Positions 1-8,468 of a stretch of DNA of 64,000 nucleotides are shown here, in pieces. Below the pieces are notes generated by a model. The model did no database searches. It saw nothing but the letters and a program-made list of their open reading frames with translations, and was not told where the DNA came from. The stretch is from an uncultured bacterium (lineage in GTDB: Bacteria; Krumholzibacteriota; Krumholzibacteriia; JACNKJ01), in the NCBI GenBank assembly GCA_964344565.1, contig CAYFNT010000019.1:6196-70195 (forward strand). The letters are read 5' to 3'. A program made the translations under genes and the position numbers. Position 1 is the stretch's first letter; each line of letters opens with the position of its first letter.

Positions 1-498
1 GGCGAAGCCGGGCTCGTACTGCACGCAAGGGGACCCGTCCAGGATGCCCGGATCCGGATAGCCGCCCACGGGAAAGATGAGCTCGGGCTCACCGCCCTCG
101 GGGATGACCTCCACATTGCCGCCCTGTCCGAAGCCCCACTCGTTGAGCAGCACGTACCAGTGGCAGATCTCGAGCTGATCGCATTCCGCGGTCACCTGCA
201 CCGGTGCGCCGAGTTCGATGCGGCTGCCTTCCTTAATGTGCTCCCAGAAGAAGTCGAGCCCCAGGACCTCGCCGACCGGATCGCCCTCGCAGTCGAGGAT
301 GGAGGGATCGTCGAACTCGAAGACCTCCCAGGGGTAGATTCCCCATGCGTCGTCGCACTGGAAGCTCGAGTACTGGAAGCTTCCGTCCCAGGTCCAACAG
401 ATATTGTCGACCTCGCAGGCCACGCGGGCGGACAGGCCCGCGGGCGAGGACAGGATCAGGGCGAGAATGAGAACGAGGGATATTCTGGGCTTCGGCAT
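1..498 (-). CDS. Partial gene running off the window start. Secreted acidic protein rich in Cys and Trp, with a signal peptide.
   Basis: Reverse-complement reading from an ATG at 496-498 gives MPKPRISLVLILALILSSPAGLSARVACEVDNICW... with no stop down to position 1. It has a hydrophobic signal peptide followed by a Cys-rich mature region. The overlapping plus ORF 160..639 has no recognisable features. Confidence 0.45.
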   Translation of the reverse strand, partial: MPKPRISLVLILALILSSPAGLSARVACEVDNICWTWDGSFQYSSFQCDDAWGIYPWEVFEFDDPSILDCEGDPVGEVLGLDFFWEHIKEGSRIELGAPVQVTAECDQLEICHWYVLLNEWGFGQGGNVEVIPEGGEPELIFPVGGYPDPGILDGSPCVQYEPGFA

Positions 499-721
499 GT
501 TTCCTCCCGGGTCAGGGTCCTTGAGCGGCCCGGGCGGAACGGATGGAAACAGCGATGGCGCCGGGCCGGTGGGCCGCTCGAATGCTGGTCCTCCCCACCT
601 CCCGAAATTCATGAAATCAGATTATGTTCATTATTTTGAATATGTCAAGCTTCTCATCGCCGTCTTGCTTCCCGGCCCGCTTCTCTGCACACTGTCCCGT
701 CCCGAGAGAAGAAGGAGCCCC

Positions 722-1753
722 ATGCGTTTCGTAGATCTTAGAAGCGACACCGTGACCGTAGCCGACGAGGCCATGCGCGAGGTCATCGCGCGGGCCGAGG
801 TGGGCGACGACGTCTTCCACGAAGATCCCACCGTGAACCGGTTGCAGGAGATGAGCGCCGAGATCACGGGCAAGGAAGCGGGTCTTTTCGTGCCAAGCGG
901 CAGCATGGGCAACCTGATCTGTCTGATGGTTCACACGGAGAAGGGCGACGAGATCTACCTGGGACGGCAGGACCACATCTTCATGTACGAGGCCGCCTCG
1001 GCCTCGGTGGTGGCGGGAGTGCAGCATCGCATCTTCGAGAACCGCGAGGACGGCACCCTCGATCTGGACGAGGTCGCCTTCGCCCAACGCACGGACGACG
1101 CGCATCAGCCGCGCAGTCGGCTCATCTCCATGGAGAACACCCACAACCGATGCGCGGGTTCGCCCCTGCCGCTCGAGTACATGGCATCCGTGCGCGAGTT
1201 CGCCGACGAGCGCGGCCTGCGCGTGCACCTGGACGGCGCCCGCGTCTTCAACGCGGCGCAGGCTCTCGGCACATCGGTGGCCGAGGTCTGCTCCCATGCC
1301 GACTCGGTGACCTTCTGCCTGTCCAAAGGGCTGGGCGCGCCGGTGGGTTCGGTGGTCTGCGGCTCGAAGGAGTTCATCTACCACGCCCATCGGGCGAGGA
1401 AGCTGCTGGGCGGCGGTATGCGCCAGGTGGGACATCTGGCCGCGGCGGGCATCTTCGCCCTGGAGAATCGGGTGGAGCGTCTTGCCGAGGATCACGCCAA
1501 CGCCAAGCGGCTAGCCGAGGGCCTGGCCGGGTTCGAAGCGATCGACATCGATCCCGCGCTCTACAAGTCTAACATCGTCTACTTCGAACTTGAGGGCGAT
1601 CGCGATCCGCGGGGTTTCGTGAAGGCCATGGCGAAGCGTGGCGTGCGCTTCTTCAACCTCTGGGCCAAGCGCTTCCGTCTGGTGACCCACTTCGGCGTGA
1701 CGGCCGATGATGTCGAATTCGCGTTGGGAGAGTTCGAGAAGGAGCTTGCCTAG
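722..1753 (+). CDS. ltaE: Low-specificity L-threonine aldolase
   Basis: MRFVDLRSDTVT start, SGSMGNL, a lysine in the SKGLGAPVGS context, typical length and PLP fold-type I threonine aldolase motifs. The upstream part of ORF 404..1753 is not conserved, so the start is set at MRF. Confidence 0.85.
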   Translation: MRFVDLRSDTVTVADEAMREVIARAEVGDDVFHEDPTVNRLQEMSAEITGKEAGLFVPSGSMGNLICLMVHTEKGDEIYLGRQDHIFMYEAASASVVAGVQHRIFENREDGTLDLDEVAFAQRTDDAHQPRSRLISMENTHNRCAGSPLPLEYMASVREFADERGLRVHLDGARVFNAAQALGTSVAEVCSHADSVTFCLSKGLGAPVGSVVCGSKEFIYHAHRARKLLGGGMRQVGHLAAAGIFALENRVERLAEDHANAKRLAEGLAGFEAIDIDPALYKSNIVYFELEGDRDPRGFVKAMAKRGVRFFNLWAKRFRLVTHFGVTADDVEFALGEFEKELA

Positions 1754-1780
1754 GTCGCCGTATTTCCTTATTCTCGTCCC

Positions 1781-2194
1781 ATGGCTGGGTCGATGAGGAA
1801 TGCTGTCAATACGAGCGGAATCCTGCTCGCGATGCTCTTGGTCTTCCTGACCGCCTGCGCACCCGACTACACAAGAAGCGTCGAGAGCTCCCGCCCTGAG
1901 GGAGGTGCCCATCCCTTCGTGGTTCCAGTCGAGTCTGGCGATCAGCTCGTACTGGAACTCAATGATGGCGACGTCATCTACGGCGATTTCGTCGGGTTCT
2001 CCGATACCGCGCTTTGTCTGAGCAATTGCTCGATAAGGAATCGCCTGCATTTCTATTCTCCAAGGGGTTTTGCCCAAATCCCATTCGATGACATCAAGGA
2101 AATCTGGATCAGCGATCGTACACATTCGCACACCTTGTCGACAGGAATCGCCGTGGGCCTGCTCCTGCCCCTCCTTTACTTGTGGGGGAGGTAG
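1781..2194 (+). CDS. Bitopic lipoprotein, paralog 1 of 4 (lipobox LTAC, C-terminal TM helix)
   Basis: Signal peptide plus lipobox LTAC, a soluble domain of about 90 aa carrying GDQLVLELNDGDVIYGDFVG, and a C-terminal hydrophobic helix. Similar to the next three ORFs. Confidence 0.55.
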   Translation: MAGSMRNAVNTSGILLAMLLVFLTACAPDYTRSVESSRPEGGAHPFVVPVESGDQLVLELNDGDVIYGDFVGFSDTALCLSNCSIRNRLHFYSPRGFAQIPFDDIKEIWISDRTHSHTLSTGIAVGLLLPLLYLWGR

Positions 2195-2207
2195 TCATTT
2201 GTCTTTC

Positions 2208-2669
2208 ATGAAACTCGCCCGCGGCCCGATTCTCGCCCCGATCAGCCTGTTGCTTGTCATCGCCCTGACAGCCTGCTCCACACGCAGGCCTGTACGTCTC
2301 GAGGTTCCGAATGCAGATTCGCCGAATCCTCGCCTTATGGCTTCGATACTGAAAGAAGGTGACAGGATTCGGGTGACGACTCTGGACGGGCACTACCTTG
2401 TAGGGAGCGTGGTCAGGTTCGATGATCGCTATCTGACCATGATCCTCCTGGCTTCGAATGACGAGCTTTCCGTGCGTGCTTCGAAGCGATACGCGATGCG
2501 CAACTCCCTTGTGGTTCCATGGGATGATCTGACTGAAATCGAATACGTGGATCGGTCCGGTGCCGGTGTGTCCATTGCGGGGTTCTCCGTTGGTATCGCC
2601 GTAGGCGCATTGATCATCTTGTATGCCATCGGACAGGCATTTGGCGACATGACCATCGGAGGGCGGTAG
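2208..2669 (+). CDS. Bitopic lipoprotein, paralog 2 of 4 (lipobox LTAC)
   Basis: MKLARGPILAPISLLLVIALTAC lipobox, EGDRIRVTTLDGHYLVGSVV core and a C-terminal TM. The track ORF 2070..2669 was trimmed to the ATG preceding the signal peptide. Confidence 0.6.
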   Translation: MKLARGPILAPISLLLVIALTACSTRRPVRLEVPNADSPNPRLMASILKEGDRIRVTTLDGHYLVGSVVRFDDRYLTMILLASNDELSVRASKRYAMRNSLVVPWDDLTEIEYVDRSGAGVSIAGFSVGIAVGALIILYAIGQAFGDMTIGGR

Positions 2670-2670
2670 T

Positions 2671-3087
2671 TTGCCGTTTGCGATTTCACTTTCCGCGCGT
2701 GGATCCCACTTCGCTCTATCGCTAGCTGTGTTGTTCTCCTCGATTCTGTGCGCTTGTGCTCCGAGCTACTCACCTATCCCGCTTTTCTCGATCGAGGATG
2801 GAAAACCCCTACCAATCTATAGAGAAGTCCAGGCTGGAGAGGAGCTATGGATATCCCTGAAAGATGGCTCGCAGATTCAGGGCAAATTCGTATCCAGCCG
2901 CAATGATTCGATCTATCTAACGGTTGTTCGTACTTCAGATTCGAGTCGCGGTTGGGCGATCGGTGATTCTATTGCAGTCCACCACTATGCAATCAGCGAT
3001 ATTTCGTTGAAGGGCGAGACCGGGCTGTCGAGTTTTGCGATGGGCTCATTGGCGAGCATCGTACTATTGGTGGTGCTGATTCTCTAG
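2671..3087 (+). CDS. Bitopic lipoprotein, paralog 3 of 4 (TTG start, lipobox LCAC)
   Basis: TTG start with a GGAGGG RBS, lipobox ILCAC, GEELWISLKDGSQIQGKFV core and a C-terminal TM helix. Confidence 0.55.
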   Translation: MPFAISLSARGSHFALSLAVLFSSILCACAPSYSPIPLFSIEDGKPLPIYREVQAGEELWISLKDGSQIQGKFVSSRNDSIYLTVVRTSDSSRGWAIGDSIAVHHYAISDISLKGETGLSSFAMGSLASIVLLVVLIL

Positions 3088-3099
3088 GAGGGCATTTCC

Positions 3100-3543
3100 T
3101 TGACATTTGAATCCGAGAGATCAAAGGGATTGGTTCTTTGGCTGCTGTTTGTACTGATCGTATCTCTCGCGCTTACTTCATGCTCTTCGAGGCGGCCTGT
3201 GATTGTCGAGTATCGGGAAAATGGTACATCTAAACTTCTAGCCATCACTATCAAGGAGGGAGATCAGATCAGAGTCGTGACCCATGATGGGAGTACTTAC
3301 CAGGGCATAGTCCGATCGATGGACCAGACCGAGATCACATTGGGAATCCGTTTAGGTGCAGGCACTCCCCGCTATGAGAGCATGGAGAGAATTGTTTGGG
3401 CAGATATCGCCAGAATAGGGCATCTTGCCCCTCCATCCAGGTGGGAGAAGACCCTGATGTTCTTCGCAGGGATGGCAGTAACGACCTTGGCGGTTGCCAC
3501 GGTTCTGTCTATTTGGCTTTCCTACGCTTTTGGTGGTTTGTAA
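3100..3543 (+). CDS. Bitopic lipoprotein, paralog 4 of 4 (TTG start, lipobox LTSC)
   Basis: TTG start after an AGGAGGG RBS, lipobox LALTSC, EGDQIRVVTHDGSTYQGIV core and a C-terminal TM. Confidence 0.6.
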   Translation: MTFESERSKGLVLWLLFVLIVSLALTSCSSRRPVIVEYRENGTSKLLAITIKEGDQIRVVTHDGSTYQGIVRSMDQTEITLGIRLGAGTPRYESMERIVWADIARIGHLAPPSRWEKTLMFFAGMAVTTLAVATVLSIWLSYAFGGL

Positions 3544-3554
3544 CAGGGGAAAAG

Positions 3555-4700
3555 TTAGACCTTCTCCAGCGCCTGTTCCAGGTCGGCGAGGATGTCCTCC
3601 GCGTCCTCGATGCCCACGGAAATCCGCACCAAACCGTCGGTGAGCCCGCGGGCCTCGCGTTCTTCGCGGGGCACCTCGGCGTGGGTCATGGTGGCCGGAT
3701 GGGTGATCATGGTCTCCACGGCGCCCAGGCTTTCGGCCAGCGCGCAGAGCTCCACCGAGTTCATGAGCGTGGTGCCCGCGGGAATGCCGCCCTTGAGCGT
3801 GAAGCTGATCATGCCGGAGAAGCCCTTCTCCATCTGAGCGGCCGCTACCGAATGCATTGGGTGGCTCTCCAGTCCCGGATAGGTCACCGACTCCACCTTG
3901 GGATGGGCCTCCAGGTACTTCGCCACGGCCAAGCCGTTCTCGGCATGGCGCGCCATGCGCAGGCTCAGGGTCTTGAGCCCCTCGATGGTGAGCCAGCAGT
4001 CGAAGGGGCTGGGAATCGCGCCCACCGACTTCTGGGTGTACTTCATGCGGGCCTGGATCTCCTCGTCGTTGGTGAGGATCATGCCGCCGATGATGAGGTT
4101 GTGCCCGCTCAGGTACTTGGTCGTCGAGTGCATGACGATGTCCGCGCCGTAGTCCACCGGCCGCAGGTGGTAGGGCGTGGCGAAGGTGGAATCCACGCCG
4201 AAGAGCAGGCCGGCCTGCTTCGCGATCTTGCCCACGGCCTCGAGGTCGGTGACCTTGAGCAGGGGATTGGTGGGCGTCTCCACCCAGATCATCTTCGTGT
4301 TGGGTTTGATCGCCGCTTCCACCTCAGCGGTGTCGCTGGAGTTCACGTAGGTGACCTCCAGGCCCCACTCGGCCAGGAAGTTGTTGAGCAGGCGGATCAC
4401 GCCGCCGTAGACGTCGTCGCTGCTCACGATGTGATCGCCGGGCTTGAACATGCGCATGACCGCGTCCACAGAACTCATGCCGCTGGTGAAGGCCGTGGCG
4501 TACTTCATGCCCTCGATCTCGGCCATGAGCTCTTCGAGGATCTGCCTCGTCGGATTGGAGGAGCGCGTGTAGTCGAAGCCCAGGTTGCGCCCAACCTCGG
4601 GCAGCACGTAGGTGGCCGACTGGTAGAGCGGCGTGATGATCGCGCCGGTGGTCGGGTCGGGCTTCTGCGCCGCGCGCACGCACTTGGTATCGAACTTCAT
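3555..4700 (-). CDS. Cystathionine gamma-lyase/gamma-synthase family PLP enzyme (Cys/Met metabolism)
   Basis: HSTTKYLSGH PLP-lysine motif, about 380 aa, a MetB/MetC/CGL family signature throughout, and a GGAGG RBS. Confidence 0.85.
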   Translation of the reverse strand: MKFDTKCVRAAQKPDPTTGAIITPLYQSATYVLPEVGRNLGFDYTRSSNPTRQILEELMAEIEGMKYATAFTSGMSSVDAVMRMFKPGDHIVSSDDVYGGVIRLLNNFLAEWGLEVTYVNSSDTAEVEAAIKPNTKMIWVETPTNPLLKVTDLEAVGKIAKQAGLLFGVDSTFATPYHLRPVDYGADIVMHSTTKYLSGHNLIIGGMILTNDEEIQARMKYTQKSVGAIPSPFDCWLTIEGLKTLSLRMARHAENGLAVAKYLEAHPKVESVTYPGLESHPMHSVAAAQMEKGFSGMISFTLKGGIPAGTTLMNSVELCALAESLGAVETMITHPATMTHAEVPREEREARGLTDGLVRISVGIEDAEDILADLEQALEKV

Positions 4701-4701
4701 G

Positions 4702-5658
4702 CTAGTCCTCCAGGAATCCGTGCTCGCGCATCCAGGCGTCGTTCACGAACTTGGTCATGTAGTTGCGGATGGAGTCGGGCAGGATGGTCAGGGCCCGCTT
4801 CACCCCCGGTTCCTGCTTCAGGATCTCGAGCATGGCCCAGACCGCCGCCCCCGAGCTTCCGCCCACGAGCAGGCCCTCTTCCTTGATGAGCCTGCGGGCC
4901 ATGTGGAAACTGTCCTTGTCGTTGCTGTAGATCCATCCGTCGATGTTGTCGTACTCGAGAACTTCGGGAATGAAATCGTAGCCGATGCCCTCCACCTGGT
5001 AGACGCCCACTTCCTCGCGGCCGCCCAGCACTGAACCCTCGGGATCCACGCCGATGATCTTGATCTTCGGGTTCTTCTCTTTCAGATACCTGGCCACGCC
5101 GGCGATGGTGCCGCCGGTGCCCGCGCCGATGACGCAGAGGTCGAGGCTCTCGCCGAAGTCCTCCCAGATCTCGGCGCCGGTGCCGTGGTAGTGGGCGTCG
5201 GGATTGTCCTGGTTCGTGTACTGGTCGGGGATCACCGAGCCCTCGATCTCTTCGTTGAGCCGCTTGGCCACGCCCAGCAGGCTCTCCGGATCGTCGTGGG
5301 CGGCCTCGGTGGGCGTGCGGATGATCTCGGCGCCCAGGGCCTCCATGACCACCTGCTTCTCCTGACTCATCTTCTCGGGCAGGGTGATCTTGAGCGGATA
5401 GCCCCTCACCGCGGCCGTCATGGCCAACCCCGCGCCGGTGTTGCCGCTGGTGGGTTCGATGAGCGTGCTGCCGGGAGAGATGCGACCGGCCTTCTCCAGG
5501 CCGTCCACCATGCGCACGGCGATGCGATCCTTTACGGATCCCGCCGGGTTCAGATACTCGCACTTGGCGTAGAGTTCGACGCCGGTGTCCGCGCCGATGC
5601 GGTTCAGCCTGACGACGGGCGTGTTACCCACGACCTTCAGGATGTTCTCGTAGATCAT
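4702..5658 (-). CDS. Cystathionine beta-synthase-like (CysK/CBS fold, PLP), paralog A, no Bateman domain
   Basis: MIYENIL start, GSVKDR PLP lysine, TSGNTG, GTGGT and a C-terminal IRNYMTKFVNDAWM motif typical of the CBS catalytic core. The track ORF was trimmed to the MIYENIL start shared with the paralog. Confidence 0.8.
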   Translation of the reverse strand: MIYENILKVVGNTPVVRLNRIGADTGVELYAKCEYLNPAGSVKDRIAVRMVDGLEKAGRISPGSTLIEPTSGNTGAGLAMTAAVRGYPLKITLPEKMSQEKQVVMEALGAEIIRTPTEAAHDDPESLLGVAKRLNEEIEGSVIPDQYTNQDNPDAHYHGTGAEIWEDFGESLDLCVIGAGTGGTIAGVARYLKEKNPKIKIIGVDPEGSVLGGREEVGVYQVEGIGYDFIPEVLEYDNIDGWIYSNDKDSFHMARRLIKEEGLLVGGSSGAAVWAMLEILKQEPGVKRALTILPDSIRNYMTKFVNDAWMREHGFLED

Positions 5659-5668
5659 CGATGCCTTT

Positions 5669-6682
5669 CTAGGATTTTGCGGAAGAGGCCGGAGTATAGC
5701 GGCGGGTTTCGGCCTTGGGAAGCTCATCTTCCTCGCCCAGGAAGCCGTTCTCGCGCATCCACTGGTCGGAGACGAACTTGGTCATGTAGTTGCGGATGCC
5801 GTCGGGCATCACGCCGAGGATCTTCGATCCGGCGGGCAGTTCGCGGCCGACCTCGAGCATGGCCAGGGCGATGGCGCCGGAGCTTCCGCCCACGAGCAGG
5901 CCCTCCTCCTTGATGAGCCGCCTCGCCATGTGGAAGGTTTCCCGGTCGCGGGTGGTCACCAGCCGGTCGATGATGTCGAAGTCGAAGATGTCGGGCATGA
6001 AGTCGTAGCCGATGCCCTCGGTCTTGAAGGGGCGCGCCTCCTGCTGGCCGCCGAGCATGGAATCTTCGGGCTCCACGCCCACCACGAGGATGTCCGGATT
6101 CATCTCCTTCAGGTAGCGCGCGATGCCCATGAGGGTGCCGCCGGTGCCCACGCCGATGACCACGGCGTCGAGCGAGTCGCCGAAGTCCTCCCAGATCTCC
6201 GCGCCCGTGCCGTAGTAGTGGGAGTCGGGATTGTCCTCGTTCTCGTACTGGTTGGGAAGCACGGCGCCGGTTTCCCGGGCGATCTCTACCGCCTTGCCGA
6301 ACTGGCTCTCGGGGCTTGTGTGGGGCACTCCGTCGGGGGTGCGCACGGCCCGCGCGCCCATGGCGTTGAGCAGGATCTCCTTCTCGAGGCTGATCTTCTG
6401 GCTCATGGTGCAGACCAGATCGTAGCCCTTCACGGCGGCGACCATGGCCAGTCCGATGCCCGTGTTGCCGCTGGTGGGCTCCACGATGGCACCGCCGGGC
6501 CTGAGCTCGCCCGATTCCTCGAGCTTCTCGACCATGCGCAGGGCCACGCGGTCCTTGAGCGATCCTCCCGGGTTGAGGAAGTCGCACTTGCCGTAGAACT
6601 CCACGGGCAGACCCGCGCCGATGCGGTTCAGACGAACCACGGGCGTCTTGCCGATGACTTGAAGGATGTTCTCGTAGATCAT
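5669..6682 (-). CDS. Cystathionine beta-synthase-like, paralog B (tandem duplicate)
   Basis: MIYENILQVIGKTPVVRLNRIG, GSLKDR, TSGNTG and IRNYMTKFVSDQWM. About 60% identical to paralog A. AGGAG RBS. Confidence 0.8.
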   Translation of the reverse strand: MIYENILQVIGKTPVVRLNRIGAGLPVEFYGKCDFLNPGGSLKDRVALRMVEKLEESGELRPGGAIVEPTSGNTGIGLAMVAAVKGYDLVCTMSQKISLEKEILLNAMGARAVRTPDGVPHTSPESQFGKAVEIARETGAVLPNQYENEDNPDSHYYGTGAEIWEDFGDSLDAVVIGVGTGGTLMGIARYLKEMNPDILVVGVEPEDSMLGGQQEARPFKTEGIGYDFMPDIFDFDIIDRLVTTRDRETFHMARRLIKEEGLLVGGSSGAIALAMLEVGRELPAGSKILGVMPDGIRNYMTKFVSDQWMRENGFLGEEDELPKAETRRYTPASSAKS

Positions 6683-6771
6683 GATACTCCTGGCGGCTCA
6701 CTATAAGGCAGATTCCGGCATCCTGCCAGACTCCATTGCGCAAACCCGGTAGCCGCCGCGGGTTCCACGGA

Positions 6772-6800
6772 AAAGGCGGGCCCGAGAGCCCGCCTTTCCC
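6772..6800 (-). terminator. Rho-independent terminator-like hairpin downstream of the fumarase operon
   Basis: aaaggcgggc-ccgaga-gcccgccttt stem-loop, followed on the minus transcript by UUUUCC. Confidence 0.5.
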
Positions 6801-6816
6801 GGTGAAACGTCGATAA

Positions 6817-7431
6817 CTAGGCCTTGAACATGTTCTCGTAGCGGCCGCGGCTCTCTTCGAGCACTTTCTTGTGCAGGCTGTTGCCATGGCTGTCCATGGT
6901 GACCACGCACTGGAAGTCCTCCACGCGGATGCGCCAGAAGGCCTCGGGCAGACCGAACTCGGTCTTGTAGACATCCTCCACCTCGACCACCCGTTGAGCG
7001 ATGAGGCTGGCCGCGCCCCCAACGGCGTGCAGATAGACCGCCCCGTGTTCCTGGCAGGCGTCCAGGGTGATCTGTCCCATGCCGCCCTTGCCGATGACGG
7101 CCCTCACGCCGAGCTCGCCGATGATCCGGTGCTGATACGGCTCCTCCCGGGCGCTGGTGGTGGGACCGGCGGCCACGAAATGCCATTTGCCGTCCTCGTC
7201 CTGCCGGACCACCGGACCGCAGTGGTAGATGACGCCGCCGTCGAGCAGGGGACCGAGAACGGCCTTCAGCTCGGCGTCCTCGCCGGTGGCCTCGATGTCG
7301 AGCCACTCGTCGATCATGTACTTGTGCGCCGCGTCCCGCGCCGTGACGAACACGCCGCTGAGGGACACCACGTCGCCTACCTTGAGTTCCCGGATCTGCT
7401 CTTCGCTGATGGGGGTCTTCAGGTCAATCAT
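6817..7431 (-). CDS. Fe-S hydro-lyase beta subunit (class I fumarate hydratase/tartrate dehydratase family, FumB/TtdB-like)
   Basis: About 200 aa with an HCGP motif and a beta-subunit fold signature. Overlaps the alpha subunit gene by 8 nt. Confidence 0.8.
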   Translation of the reverse strand: MIDLKTPISEEQIRELKVGDVVSLSGVFVTARDAAHKYMIDEWLDIEATGEDAELKAVLGPLLDGGVIYHCGPVVRQDEDGKWHFVAAGPTTSAREEPYQHRIIGELGVRAVIGKGGMGQITLDACQEHGAVYLHAVGGAASLIAQRVVEVEDVYKTEFGLPEAFWRIRVEDFQCVVTMDSHGNSLHKKVLEESRGRYENMFKA

Positions 7432-8305
7432 AGCTCACCTCCCCGCCGCGAATGGTCATGGCCTGTTTCCGGGCCGCCCAGCACATGTAGATGATGGACA
7501 CGAAGAAGCTCGCCGGCACCCGGTGAGCCTTGGTGATCTTGGTGCCGAGCACGGTGGTCATGCCCCCGAAGCCCATGGGGCCGATGCCCAGGTCGTTGGC
7601 CTTCTCCGTGATCTCGCTTTCGAGTCCGGCCAGCACGGAATCGGGATTCGCATCGCCCAGATCCCGAAGGATCTGCTTCTTGGCCATGGCGTAGCCGCTG
7701 CTGCGGTCGCCGCCGATGCAGACGCCCAGCACGGCGGGCCCGCAGCCCTTCCCCTGGGCATTCACCACGGCGTCCAGGATGACCTTGCGCACGCCGTCCA
7801 GGTCGCGTCCCGCGCCGAGTTCCGAGTGGGGCAGTGCGTACTGCGCGCCGGTGTTCTCGCTGCCGCCGCCCTTGAGCATGAGGTCCACACGGATCTCGTC
7901 CTCACGGTCCCACTGCTCGAAGTAGACGGCCGGGAAGTGGTCGCCGGTATTGTCGCCGCTGTTCTTCCCCGTGATCGAGTCCACCGCATTGGGGCGCAGG
8001 TAGTTTTTCGTGGTGGCCACCTTCACGGCCTCGGTGAAGGCCGCCTTGAACTGCGCGGCGGGATAGTCCCAGGGGTGCTTCACGTAGAAGACCGGCGTGC
8101 CGGTGTCCTGGCAGATGGGCGTGGAATGCTCCTCGGCCAGGTTGATGTTCTCGAGAATGGTACCGAGGGTGGCCGCGGCCGGCGAGTCGTCGGCCTCGCT
8201 GGCGTGACCCTCGGAAAGGGCGGTCCGGATGTCCGCGGGCAGGCGCGTCGACGCCAGGCGGATCAGCTCCAGGGCCCAGTCGGTCAATTCTGGAATGGTT
8301 TTCAT
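7424..8305 (-). CDS. Fe-S hydro-lyase alpha subunit (class I fumarase FumA/TtdA-like)
   Basis: CQDTGTPVFYV and GGGSENT alpha-subunit motifs. The start is trimmed to MKTIPELTDW. The long upstream extension of ORF 7424..8809 is not conserved. Confidence 0.8.
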   Translation of the reverse strand: MKTIPELTDWALELIRLASTRLPADIRTALSEGHASEADDSPAAATLGTILENINLAEEHSTPICQDTGTPVFYVKHPWDYPAAQFKAAFTEAVKVATTKNYLRPNAVDSITGKNSGDNTGDHFPAVYFEQWDREDEIRVDLMLKGGGSENTGAQYALPHSELGAGRDLDGVRKVILDAVVNAQGKGCGPAVLGVCIGGDRSSGYAMAKKQILRDLGDANPDSVLAGLESEITEKANDLGIGPMGFGGMTTVLGTKITKAHRVPASFFVSIIYMCWAARKQAMTIRGGEVSYD

Positions 8306-8468
8306 CGATCTCCGCCTTTCGCCCGTCTGGCGGGCCCAGACAATATAGCCAGGGGAGGCAGGCCCATCAATCGAAGCCTTTGCGATAAAATCGTTTCCCG
8401 GCCCCTTGGAAGTACCGATCCGGATTGCTACTATGCCCCGTCGAATCGGCATGGGTGAAGGAGGGGAT

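Noticed and set aside
160-639. Plus-strand 159-aa ORF at the window start
   Set aside because: No recognisable features. The opposite strand encodes a protein with a clear signal peptide beginning at an ATG, so the minus-strand gene is preferred, but the case is weak.
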